Shown here one piece after another: positions 1 to 12,200 of a DNA stretch of 64,000 nt. The stretch covers positions 18,965,538 through 19,029,537 of the forward strand of contig NC_057749.1 of NCBI RefSeq assembly GCF_004010195.1, read 5' to 3'. This DNA comes from Chiloscyllium plagiosum. Taxonomy: Eukaryota. The number at the start of each line of letters is the position of its first letter. Within the stretch, counting starts at the first letter, position 1. The notes beneath the pieces are model-generated. The model saw only the letters and a list, made by a program, of their open reading frames with translations. It had not been told where the DNA came from and did no database searches. The position numbers and the translations under genes were made by a program.

Positions 1-1520
1 ACAGTCTCCACATGTATATAGTGCCCTTTCCATGGAACAATTGCTCCCAGTCCATGCTTCCTAACTCATGTCTAATCGCATCATAGTTTCCTCTTCCCCA
101 GTTAAATATCCTCCCATTTTGCCTAATCTTTTCCTTCTCCCTAGCTATGTAGAATGTGAGGCAGTTGTGGTCACTATCACCAAAATGCTGTCCCACCACA
201 AGATCTGATACCTGCCCCGGCTCATTGCCGAGCACCAAGTCTAGAATGGCCTCTTCCCCTCATCGGCCTGTCAATGTACTGAGTTAGGAAACCCTCCTGA
301 ACACACCTTACAAAAACAGCTCCATTCAAATCTTCTGCTCGAAGGAGGTTCCAATCAGTATTGGGGAAAGTTTAAAGTCACCCATTGCAACAACCCTACT
401 ACATTCACACTTTTCCCAAATCTGCCGACCTATGCTTTCTTCAATCTCCCTGCTGCTATTGGGGGGCCTGTAGTAAACCCCTAACGAGGTGACTGCTCCC
501 TTGCTGTTCCTAATTTCCACCCATACTGACTCGGTAGGCAGATCTTCCTCGACAATGGAAGCTTCTGTAGCTGTGATGCCCTCTCTGATTAGCAGTGCTA
601 CACCCCCTCCTCTTTTCCCCCTCCCTTTTCTTTTTAAATGCTCTAAACCCTGGAACATCCAGCAACCATTCCTGCCCCTGAGAAACCAATGTCTCTGTTA
701 TGGCCAAAACATCACAGCACCTGATCCGTGCTCTAAGTTTATCACTTTTATTCCTGATACTCCTTGCGTTAAAGCAAACACACTTTAATTGATCCCTTGG
801 TTCCTTCCCAGGAAAATCCTTCTCATTGGCTGCGCTGCCTCTTGCTATTGCCTCATCTGCATCAACTCTCACCTCCGGTATACAGCTCAGGTTCCCACCC
901 CTCTGGCATACTAGTTTAAACCCTCTTGAACTACTCGAGAAAACCTTCCACCCAGGACATTGGTCCCCTTCCAGTTCAGATGCAACCTGTCCTTCTTGTA
1001 CAGGTCCCACCTTCCCCAGAAGGCATCCCAATTATCTACATATCTGAAGCCCTCCCTCCTACACCAGCTGCTCAGCCACGTGTTAAGCTGCGCCCGCTCC
1101 CTGTTCCTCGCCTCGCTATCTCGTGGCACCGGTAGTAAACTAGAGAACACTACTCTGTTCGTCCTGCTTTGCAGCTTCCACCCTAACTCCTTGAAATCAC
1201 TTTTTATATCCTTGATCCTTTTCCTGGCTATATCATTAGTGCCAATATGTAACATGATTTCTGGCTGTTCACCCTCAGTGTCAGGCTCAGTGCCAGAGAA
1301 CTGACTACTATGGCTTTCCTCTGGTTGGTCATCCCCCCCCAGCGGTATCCAAAACGGTATACTTATTGCTGAGGGGAATGTCCACAGGGGATCTCTGTAC
1401 TGTCTGTCTGTCCCTTTCCTCCCCCTAACTGTAACCCATCTATCCTTGTCCTGAACCTTAGGAGTGACCAACTCCCGGTTACTCCTCTCAATTACCCCCT
1501 CTGTCTCCCGAATGATCCGT
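1..1520 (-). mobile_element. CR1-clade LINE fragment: ORF1 SGNH esterase and ORF2 AP-endonuclease N-terminus, running off the window edge
   Basis: ORF 911..1471 has HIGTND...LLPVPR...DNWDAFWGRWDLYKKDRLHLN; ORFs 510..1031 and 326..658 have FNARSIRNK, AITET, GGGVALLI, ESVWVEI, GVYYRPPNS, MGDF. Confidence 0.92.
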
Positions 1521-2210
1521 TGAGATTATAGAATTCTGAGGTTGGTCAATTGCCTGATGCTATAGGAGGATTTTATTTTGTAAAAACTTAGCGAAGGGGT
1601 GGAAAATTACAGGAAGAGAGAAGCCAGAAGAGATCTGCTTGTAGATGGGTATTGCATAAGGAGAGTACTGCATAGAATATTGCATTGTTCATATTTAATA
1701 TAGCAAGTAGTTAATGAAGGAGGTGATTTGCTACTCTATAGTTTTTACTTGTTGAGTTTAAATAAATCATCTGTTATTTCACTGTCTGTTTGAATTCAAG
1801 CTGTGCTCCAACAAGAAGTTGATGACTTCTGAATGCATTGGTGGGATGGTAGTTGAAATTACAGTCTGAGGGGAAAAAAAAGCAATAGTCATATCTGCCA
1901 ATTAAAAAACAAAAGCTCGATTTGACTCTTTAAGAACATTTCAGATTGAACACAAGTTATGACATTCTAGTTACATCATTTCTCTTCTCCATCTTACTGT
2001 GATAACATTTTTTTGTTCTACGCAATGTATGTATTCTCAGGAACTCTTATTTCACGCTGTCGAGATTTGTGATTATGACGCCAGAGCATTATCTTGGCTG
2101 TCTGGATTACTAGTGACATTACCACTATGCTACCACCTTCCACCCCTTACATTTTCCACAAAGAAGCTGATAAAAGTGAGGAACACGCAGTAACAGGTGC
2201 CTTGTTTGTC

Positions 2211-2356
2211 CATGATGCAACTGACCACTGCAGGTTGGGAGATTTGGCCGATAACTTGTATTATTTGGAAATAACCTACAACAAAAAAGTTGAAGGATGT
2301 GGTTACTTTAACTGCAAGATTTAAGTCCATCTTGACAGTGCTTATAAATCAAATTC
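2211..2356 (+). repeat. Copy 1 of a 146-bp local direct repeat (copy 2 at 3665-3810)
   Basis: Gap-free alignment by eye from catgatgcaactgacc to tcaaattc, about 19 mismatches. Confidence 0.9.
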
Positions 2357-2480
2357 CCAAAGTTATGAACTTTGAAATCCTTTTCTTGTGCGGCAATCAT
2401 ATCATCCTTGTACATTTTTGCTTTGCTTTGTTTCTATCTCCAAATTTCACCAACTATACCAAATGTATTTCTTAACAATG

Positions 2481-2672
2481 TTAAAAATCACACAACACTA
2501 GGTTATAGTCCAACAGGTTTATTTGGAAGGACTAGCTTTCGGAGCACTGCTCCTTCATCAGATGGCAACGCTACAAAAGCTCCTGCTTCCAATAAACCTG
2601 TTGGACTATAACCCGGTGTTGTGTGATTTTTAACTTTGTCCACCCCAGTCCAACACCAGCTCCTCCAAATCA
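2481..2672. mobile_element. Short palindromic Penelope-derived non-autonomous element
   Basis: Inverted arms aaaaatcacacaacac...ggttatagtccaacaggtttattt / aataaacctgttggactataac...gtgttgtgtgattttt; contains CTGATGA-stem-GAAA on the minus strand; related pieces at 4673-4800, 5125-5186 and 34165-34250. Confidence 0.75.
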
Positions 2673-3664
2673 TTCTTAACAATAATGTTTGGTCTGAAAC
2701 AGCTGCACAAATATTTACTAAGGTATAAAGATATAACAATTGTTAGCATTACAACAGCTGGGAAGATCAATAACAGTATTATTAATCAATTTTAGCCTCT
2801 GGGAAAGACTGTGTCCATAATCATTCATTTTGCAAAGTAGGAGTTGATAATGCTGTGCATGCATGCAAAGTACAGTTAAATGGGCTGATAATACAACCAA
2901 AGCTTCCACATGCATGTGGCATCTCCAATTTTCTTTCTTTGTTATTCATTTCCACAATGTGGCCATTGATGACTAGGCCAACCTCTATTGCCCAACACTA
3001 AGGGAGTGGTACGCTGGATTATGTCAGAGGGCAGTTGGAAATCAACTATGTTGATGTGAGTTTGGATTTACATGTTGATCAGCACAGATAGGGATGCCAG
3101 ATTTCTTTCCCTCAAAGATAATAGTAAATCGGATGGGTTTTTACAACACTTGACAGTAATTAACATGGCTGCAATTAGAATAGGTCTTTCAGTTCCAGAG
3201 TTTATTGAATTGATATTTCACCATATGGCCTTGTTGGGATTTGGGGTTATGTCCCCACAGCATTATTCTGGCCCGGTAGATTACCTAGATCCTCAGACAA
3301 CATCTTCTAAACCCACAACCATTTCCATCTAGAAGAACAAGGGCAGCAGGTACATGGGATCACCACCACCTTCAATTTCTCCTCCAAGCCACTCGCCATC
3401 CTGACCTGGAAATGTATTGCCATTCCTTCACTGTCGCTGCGTCAAAATCCTGGAATTCCCTCCTGGCATTGTGGGCCTGAACTGATGTGCTTTTCCAGCA
3501 CCACGCTAATCTAGAACCTCATCAACCCACGATAGGGGAGTGTATCAGTTCAAAAAGGCAGCTTACCACCACCACCTCAAGGGCTAAGGAGACGAGCAGT
3601 AAATGCTGGCCAGCCAGCGACATCCACATCCCACAAATGAATCAAAAGACACATTTGTCACCTG

Positions 3665-3810
3665 CATGATGCAACTGACCATTGCAGGTTAGGAGATTTG
3701 GCTGATAACTTCTGTTACTTGGAAATAACCTACTACTAAAAAGTTGAAGGATGTGGTTAATTTAACTGCAAGATTGATGTCCATGTTGAAGTTGTTTGTA
3801 GGTCAAATTC
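3665..3810 (+). repeat. Copy 2 of the 146-bp local direct repeat
   Basis: Aligns without gaps to 2211-2356. Confidence 0.9.
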
Positions 3811-4199
3811 AGTGTTAGCTTCTTTGGGGAATTGTGATCTATGTGTAAGCTTTGACCTACATGGCTAGGTAAGAATGTCTAGGTCTTTAAACATTGTTAA
3901 TGATAAAGCCAAGTTCATGTTGATTCAGATTTTAAATTTTCTGTTCACGGGATGTGGATGTCACTTAAAAGCACTTTTAAATTGTCACTCGGTTATGCAA
4001 GTTGGTTGAGTTCTTTGATGAATTAACAAGAGGGCTGATGAAAGCAGTGTGGTTGATGTTTTATGTAAGTCAACTTTCAAAAGTTGTTTGAAATATTACA
4101 CTGGACTTGTCAGAAAAATTGAAGCTTGTGGAATTGATGGGGTAGTTGTAGTTTGGATCAAAATTGGCTAAGGGACCAAGAACAGAGAGTAATGTCTTT

Positions 4200-5770
4200 A
4201 ATTCTGGCTGACGTTTGGCCCACTGTTGGTGCTGGCTCTTTAGCAGAGCCACTAAATTAATCCCACGCCCTTGCTGATGTTCCTTAGCCCTGTAATTTGT
4301 TTCCCTCACCAAGTACTAATCCACTCCTCTTTCAAACATCACTACAGAATCAACTTTCACTTCCTCCTCCACAGCCACTCTCCCAACCAATGCATTTATT
4401 ATTAAAACAGTTCGCAAAAGATAAACAGAAAAACTTCTTACATCACCTCTGGTTCTTTACCCAAAAACATGCATCCTCTCGTTACCCACTCTTCTGTTAC
4501 TGGAAACAGTTTCTCCTTATTTAACCGTGGCAAAGCAATCCCATTATTTTGAACACCTCTTAAAAAATCTTTTAATTTTGTCAGCTGTAACGAGAACAGT
4601 CTCAGCTTCTCAAATTTATTTCAACTGAAGCCCCACATCTTTGGCACCCGTTTAGCAAAACCTTTTTACCTGATATGGAGATGCTGTTGTTGGACTGGGG
4701 TGTACAAAGTTAAAAATCACACAATACCAGGTTATAGTCCAACAGCTTTATTTGGAAGCACTAGTTTTCGGAGCGCTGCTCCTTCATCAGGTGGTTGTGG
4801 AGCTAATGTAATACACGGAAGTGTAGAATGATTCATTTTGATAGAAAAGCTATGGAAACACAATTTAACCAAAGGGCACAATTTTAAAGCTGAGAAGAAT
4901 CAGAGACACTCAGGAGTGTCTATAAACAATGGTTTGAAGTTAGCAAGTCCAAAGTTGTTAAAAAAAAAAGCATTAGGTATCCCCGGCTTTATTAATGGTG
5001 GAATGGAGTACAAAAGGAAGCAAGGTTATGAAGAATCTTTGTGGCTCAAGTTCAGCTGCAGTACTTTTGAGCATTTCTGGGGACCATACTTTAGGACACT
5101 TGTCAAGGCCTGAGATAAAATGTTTAAAAATCACACAGCACCCTAACTAAGTCTATTGGACTAAAACCTGGTGTTGTGTGATTTTTAGCTTTTGGTCTGA
5201 GGTCTTGACAAGTATCGTAAAGTGTGGTCCCCAGAAATGGACAGAGTACCGCAGCTGAACTTGAGCCACAAAGATTCTTCATAACTTTGCTTCCTTTTGT
5301 ACTCCATTCCACCATTAATAAAGCCGGGGATACCTATTGCTTTTTTTAACAACTTCGGACTTGCCAACTTCAAACCATTGTTTATAGGCACTCCTGAGTG
5401 TCTCTGATTCTTCTGAGCTTTAAAATTGTGCCGTTTGGTTAAATTGTGTTTCCATAGCTTTTCTATCAAAATGAATCACTTTACACTTCCGTGTATTACA
5501 TTTCACTGGCTGACATCTGTCAGCCCATTTTACCAGTCTGTGCCCTCCTGATGTCAATTGTTATCATCATCTTTGTGTATTAAATTCGAGAGTTTTGTAT
5601 CATCTATCAATATTCAAATTGTGTTCTGTGTACCCAAGTCCAGATTGATAAAATCAAAAGAGCAGTGGTCCTAAAACTGGCTCCAAGGGAGCATCATTGT
5701 TCTGCAGACTTGAGAATGACAAATAACCATTCAACAATGTTCTCTGTTTTCCATCCCTTCCTCAATTTTA
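4200..5770 (-). mobile_element. Old CR1-type LINE 3' region, disrupted by a Penelope-derived insertion and an inverted duplication
   Basis: ORF 5185..5469 (LKLASPKLLKKAIGIPGFINGGMEYK) is a decayed CR1 RT C-terminus; the flanks continue the same element. Confidence 0.7.
4805..5502. repeat. Long inverted repeat, arms about 4805-5141 and 5170-5502
   Basis: Near-identical ORF translations on opposite strands (4838..5113 + and 5185..5469 -); terminal aatgtaatacacggaagtgta / tacacttccgtgtattacatt. Confidence 0.95.
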
Positions 5771-5920
5771 AATATTTTTAATCTACCTTTTTGGATTTGA
5801 TGACACACCTGCAGGTATGTGAGCCATGAACCTGGACTTTCTGGCCTAGCGGTAGGAAAACTATTGCTGTATCGCTCGTACCACACACAATTTTATGTCT
5901 ATCTCACTGCTGATCCTTAG

Positions 5921-7637
5921 GCAGGGTAGTAGGAAAAAACCAGGGAATTATAGACCGGTGAGCCTGACATTGCTGATGGGCGATCTGTTGGATGGAATCC
6001 TGAGGGACAAGATTTACATGTATTTGGAAAGGCAAGGACTGATTAGGGTGGTTAGTGGCTCAGTAGTTAGCACTGCTGCCTCAGTGCCAGGGATCCAGGT
6101 TCAATTCTAATCTCGGGCGACAGTCTGTGTGGAATTTGTACATTATTCCCGTGTCTGTGTGGGTTTCCTCCCATAATCCAAAGATATGCACGTTAGGTGA
6201 ATTGGACATTCTAAATTGCCCATTGTGTTCAGGGATGCATTAGGTGTAAATATAGGGTAGGGGAATGGGTCTAGTTGGGTTACTCTTCGGAGGGTTAGTG
6301 TGAACTTGTTGGGCCGAAGGGCCTGTTCCCACACTGTAGGGATTCTATGATTTCAGGATAGTCAGCATGGCTTTGTGCATGGGAAATCGTGGCTCACAAG
6401 TTTGTGTTTTTTTAAGAAGTAACAAAGAAGATTGATGGTGGCAGAGCGGTAGACATGATCTATATGGACTTCAGTAAGAAGTTCTACAAAGCTCCTCATG
6501 GTAGACTGGTTAGCAAGCTTAGATCTCATGGAAGACAGGGCGAACTAGCCATTTGGGTACAGAACTAGCTTGAAGGTACAAGACGGAGGGTGATGGAGGG
6601 TTGCATTTCAGCCTGGAGGCCTGTGACCAATGGAGTGCCACAAGGACTGGTGCTGGATCCACTGCTTTTTGTCATTTATATAAATGATTTGGATGTGAGC
6701 ATAAGAGGCATCGTTAGTAAGTTTACAGATGACACAGAAATTGGAGGTGTAGTGGACAGCAAAGACAGTTACCTCAGAGTACAATTGGCTCATCTGATCA
6801 AGAACCCATGGGCCGATGAGTGGCAGACAGAATTTAATTTAGATAAATGTGAGGTGCTGCATTTTGGAAAAGCTAATCAGCATAGGACTTAATGATAAGA
6901 TCACGGTGAATGTTGCTGAACAAAGAGACCTTGGAGCGCAGGTTCATAGTTTCTTGAAAGTGGAGTCTCAGGTAGATAGGATAGTGAAGAAGGTGTTTTG
7001 GTGTGCTTTCCTTTATTGGTCAGAGCACTGAAGTTTTGAGTTGGGAGGTCATGTTGTGGCTGTGCAGGACATTGGTTAGGCCACTTTTGGAATATTGGGT
7101 GCAACTCTGGTCTCCCTCCTACGGGAAGGATGTTGTGAAACTTGAAAGGGTTCAGAAAAGGTTTACAGGGATGTTGCCAGGGTTGGAGGATTTGAGCTAT
7201 AGGGAGAGGCTGAATAGGCTGGGGCTGTTTTCACTGGAGCGTTGGAGGCTGAGGGGTGACCTTCTAGAGATTTATAAAATCATGAGCAGCATGGATAGGG
7301 TAAATAGACAAGATCTTTTCTCCAGGGTGGAGGAGTCCAGAACTAGAGGGCATAGGTTTAGAGTGCGAGGGGAAAGATATAAAAGAGACCTAAGGAGAAA
7401 CTTTATCATGCAGAGGGTGGTGTGTGTATGGAATGAGCTGTCAGAGGCTGTGGTGGAGGCTGGTACAATTGCAACATTTAAAAGGTATCTGGATGGGTAT
7501 ATGAATAGGAAGGGTTTAGAGGGAAATGGGCCAAGTGCTAGCAAATGGGACTAGATTAGGTTAGGATATCTAGTTGGACATGGACGAGTTGGATTGAAGG
7601 GTCTGTTTCCGTGCTGTATGTCTCTATGACTCTATGA
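5921..7637 (+). mobile_element. 5'-truncated CR1/HER1-like LINE (RT and 3' tail), frameshifted
   Basis: [55 protein letters not shown] motifs; tail tctctatgactctatga. Confidence 0.95.
6046..6352 (+). mobile_element. HE1-like V-SINE nested in the CR1 RT region
   Basis: tRNA-like head (gtggctcagtagttagc, ggttcaattc), V-domain tgtgtggaatttgtacattattcccgtgtctg, LINE-like tail; interrupts the CR1 GLIR|DSQHGF coding stretch. Confidence 0.88.
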
Positions 7638-7899
7638 TAATGATTTAATTTGGGCAACAGGTCTATTATCAGTATGTTATCCATGTTTAACATGTTTTGA
7701 AACATGTTTTGAAAATACATTTGCACATCATTATCTGATTATCCTCAAGAGCACTCCATTATTTCATTAGAATATAGTTGATAAAATTAATCAAATCCAA
7801 TTTGCCTTGTCAGCTCTTGATGACCTTTCTAAATGGGAACCAGTTGGCTAGGTAGACAGCATGTAGTTAGAATGTGTTTTCGAAAGTCAAGGTTCAGGT

Positions 7900-8960
7900 C
7901 TCATTCTGGCCAAGGGAGACTTGGGACCTGCTTCTTCACTCGAAGATAATAGCAGGGAAATGCATAGAAGATTCTAACAGGGCCAGATAGTGAAGGGAGG
8001 ATGCTTTCCTTGGTAAAGGATTCTAAAACGAGTGACACAAGTCTTAGGATGCAGGACAGGCCATTTAGGAGCGAGATAAAGAAATTCTTTTTGTTCAGAG
8101 GGATAATAAACCTGTGGGATTTCTCTATCATGTAAGACTGTGGAGGCCAAGTCACTCACTGAGTATATTCAAGAAAGAGATAAGTTTTGAGATTTTATTT
8201 GCATCAAGGGCCTATAAGGAGACCCTGTGAATATGACATTGAGACAGAGGATTAGCCATGATGATGTTTAGTAGTGGAGCAGGCTCAATGGCCTGCTCCT
8301 GTTCTAGTTTCTATATTTCTATGTGCAAAGAAAATCAACAAAATTGTCCAGTTTTAAAGGTGGGTAGTGGGGGGGTTACAGTAGTAGAGATCTGACAGTA
8401 TGCATGCACCTCAATATTTGAAGGTGGTAGGACATGTTAAGGCTGTTAAAAAGGGCAGATGGGACTACAGTATTAGATATATTCATAGTGCAATAGAGTA
8501 TAAAATTGAGAACGTTATGCTGCAAACCTTGTAAGCCAGCTTTTGGTCCTGACGAGAGAATAATGTCCAATTCTGCGCATCGCATTTGAAGACAGTTAAA
8601 GCCATGAAAAGGGTACAGAGAAAAACTTACTAGAATAGGGCCAGAGATTGAAGGATTTAATCTCATGCAAAATGCAGAGAAGGTTAAGGGGGATTTGATA
8701 GGTATTCAAAACTAGGCAGGATTAAAGTAGTAAGTAAGGAGAAAGAATTTCCAGTAGCTAAATGAATTGTTAAATCTAAGTTCATTGGTTTTAAAAAAAA
8801 CAGAAGTGATGTAAGAAAACTTGTTCCTACACTTGTGAATTATCTTATTCTGATGTGCTATCTGATAGGATTGTGGAATCAAAGTCAGTAGTTTTTTCTT
8901 AAAAAAGAAATTCAACAAATAAAACAAACTATAGCACCTTAAGGGACGATCAATGCAATA
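7900..8960 (+). mobile_element. Decayed CR1-type LINE 3' fragments
   Basis: Degenerate versions of the RTRGH / FFSQRVVNLW / YCVQFW coding stretches seen in younger copies. Confidence 0.6.
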
Positions 8961-10424
8961 GGCCTAATTGTATATATCGTTCATTTTCATGATCTTAGGA
9001 TACCGCAATGTGTTCAACAACCAATTACCTTCTCTTGAAATGCAGTTTAGGCTGTAATGTTGAAAATACATCATTCAAATTGTGTACAAACTCCTTCAAA
9101 CAGCAGTTTGATAACCACATGTTCTATTAAGATGATGTTGGTTGAGGATTAATTATGAGCCAGGACTATGAGGACAATTCCACTACAGTATAAATACTAA
9201 TGGGGATCTTTTATGTCCAGCTGTAAAGGTAAACTCTGCATGGGTTTGAATGCCACATCTGACAATGCTGGCAGTGAGAATTTGAGACTAGAATATGTAC
9301 TTAATTTTCTGGATTGAGACTTGAACCCATCACCTTGCAGCTCAAAAGAGAAATGCTGCCACTGATCCACTATTATTATGTGCCAATTTTTCAGCTTTTT
9401 AACAGACAATCAAGGATTATTTTGTTGGGTTAGCTAGTCCTAGTTTTAGTCTTCATCAGGTCACCTCCTGGTTAAAACCATTGACTACAACCTTCATAAT
9501 CCAAACTTTGGTACAGAAGTTAGGGTTTTTTTTTATTAGAATAAGCACCTTATGATTAAATAGCTTAAAACGTTTATACTTTTAGACATTGTTATTTGTT
9601 AGTCTATTTATTAATAATTTGGTAGAAGCTTGCAGGCATTTTTTCAAATGACATTGCAGAATTTCTTTGCTTAATCAGAGTGGTTTCCAAGTGGGCTACA
9701 GCATGGCAATAAATTCCAATAGCCATATAGTTTTCCTCTGAAAATTCATTGTCTACTTGAGTACCTTGTGAAGTTTCTTCTTCCACCACCTTATTCTTGA
9801 TCAGTTATGACACTATTCTGAAACACTTACGCAGAAACCTCTTGCCTTCTGGATACAGGTGGCAGCTGTGATTATGGTTGGTCATCTCTTCACTAAATTT
9901 GTCATCGTCTAATGCCTCTGGAATTTGGGCAATATCTCTAACTGTCTCTCTGTTGCAAACTGTAAAAACAATGGCCAAAGATCATAATCAAGTCTGTATT
10001 ACTCATAAATTCCATCCGTTTTTCTCTTGGTATTCTTGAATGTTTGCCTGCAACCATTTCTGCCGTTTGATTGCCAAGGTCCTGTGTCTTCCAGAGTTTT
10101 CACGTTTTCTTTATTCTCCTCCGTGATCTTTTGGTTTCAGATATCTGCGAACAACAGTACTTTATACTTTTCAGCTTTCTCTTCATTTGTAGCTAGAACT
10201 TATGATTTTTATGACTGTATGCATGAAGAGACAGTAATGATCAGGGCACTTAGTATGGTCTGCATTTTCAGTTAAAGTGGGATTTAATAAGTTGGCAAAG
10301 AAAATTTCATTGTCTGGTTTATAAAGTGCAAAGTTCAAACTTGAAAGATTTCAGTTTGATACTTTTCAGTTAATTGGTGATTAGTCGATTACAAACACCT
10401 GGTTATATAAATTGGTAAACAGAC

Positions 10425-10758
10425 TAGATTAGATTATAGATTAGATTACATTACATTACATTACAGTGTGGAAACAGGCCCTTCGGCCCAACAAGTCCAC
10501 ACCGCCCCGTCGAAGCGCAACCCACCCATACCCCTACATTTACCCCTTACCTAACACTATGGGCAATTTAGCATGGCCAATTCACCTGACCTGCACATCT
10601 TTGGACTGTGGGAGGAAACCGGAGCACCCGGAGGAAACCCATGCAGACACGGGGAGAATGTGCAAACTCCACACAGTCAGTCGCCTGAGGCGGAAATTGA
10701 ACCCGGGTCTCAGGCGCTGTGAGGCAGCAGTGCTAACCACTGTGCCACCGTGCCGCCC
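10425..10758 (-). mobile_element. Full-length HE1-like V-SINE
   Basis: Reverse complement: gggcggcacggtggcacagtggttagc (A box), gggttcaatt (B box), V-domain, CR1-like tail, (taatc/taatg)n end; near-identical to copies at 20925, 30372 and 58874. Confidence 0.93.
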
Positions 10759-11737
10759 ATCAAGACCTACTTGATGTATCACCAGCATTTCAGTCTTCCT
10801 CTTCACAGCAATGTGTGGTACAATGTAGATCCATAATTTTTCATGGTTATATGATTGACATCCTGAAATTATTGTGGTGAATTCACTCTCTGTCCTTGGA
10901 CACTTGGTCAGAGACCTATGCCATTGAGTCAAGAATGTCTGTATTTGCCTTGGTTTCTTTAGTGGGTAGCTCAGAATTGAGAGTAACATCATAAGCGAAA
11001 TAAAAGTCATGGAGTAAATTATGATCTTCCTAAGTTTTGAATTGAGTATAAGAATGCTTTTCATAAAATGATAGGCATATAATATTGTGTGCTCCATTCT
11101 CTCATGTATTGACATGCAAAACAAAAGAACATTCTTCACTTATTGGACTTCAGTGAAAAAAATTATATAAAACAATTTGTCAGAATAAAAGTTTGCCACA
11201 GTTAACGCCATATAGAATTCTGCTGGGATCCATCTTTGTAACGTTGACTGCATCTTCCTGTGGATTCCAGTGGCAAAACAAAAACTGGAACTACAACAAT
11301 CAGTTGTACTTAGCAAGCACGTTAACATAGTAAAACATGAAGAGGTGCATCATGTCTGGCTGCACCACAGTTTGGACAAATGACTAGAAACTTGTTTAAA
11401 GAGATGGTTTTACAGAATTGGGGAAAAGAAGGAAGAGAAAGAGAGAAATGGAGGAGTCAAAGGAGGAATTCCAGGATTTAAGGCACATGAAGCTGGACGT
11501 ATAGCTGTCAGCAGTAGAGCAATCAGGCTTGTTCAAGAGGCCAGAATTGGAGGAGTACAGATATCTTGGATATTGTGGTGCTAGAGGAGATTAAAGATAC
11601 GGAGGGCTGAGATTGATGGAATTTGAAATGAGCCACCGCTAACTTTGATATCTAGTTATTTGTCAGGTGCATTCTCTAAATGCCATTAAATTAAACATTC
11701 TTTTGCTAGTGGTTGATCTAAATATACGGTACTGAGT

Positions 11738-12200
11738 TAGAGTCATACAGTACAGAAACAGACCCTTTGGTCCAATTCATCCATGTTGACCAACTTTCTC
11801 AAACTAGTCCCATTTGCTTGTCTTTGGCCCATATGCATCTAAGCCTTTCCTACTTCTGTAACTGTCCAAATATCTTCTAATGTTGTAACTATACTAGCAT
11901 CTACCACTTCTTCTGACAGTTCATTCCGCATACGCGTATCACCCTCTGTGTGAAAACTTTGCCCCTCAGGTACCTTTTAAAATCATCTTCCTGTACTTTA
12001 AAAATTGTCCTTTTAATTTTGAACTCCCCCTTTGGTTTTGAACTCCCTTACCCTAGAGAAAAGACCTTTGTTAATCACCTTACCTGTGCCTCACATGATT
12101 TTATAAACCTCTGTAAGGTCATCCCTTAGCCTTCTACACTCAAGTGAAAAAGTCCCAGCTTATCCTGCCTCATTTGTAAGTCAAACCCTCCAATCCCCTG
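11738..12200 (-). mobile_element. CR1 LINE 3' end fragment
   Basis: tagagtcatacagtacagaaacagaccct tail and homology to 12734-13200. Confidence 0.85.

Noticed and set aside
2094..2356. Duplicated mutually exclusive exons in the 146-bp repeat (several differences look synonymous in frame HDATDHCRLGDLAD)
   Set aside because: Copy 2 has two stops in that frame, no frame tested is open in both copies, and the peptide is unrelated to PTPN9
4838..5469. Two similar ~90-aa ORFs on opposite strands as a duplicated small gene
   Set aside because: They are decayed CR1 RT sequence in an inverted duplication, with non-ATG starts and diverging C-termini
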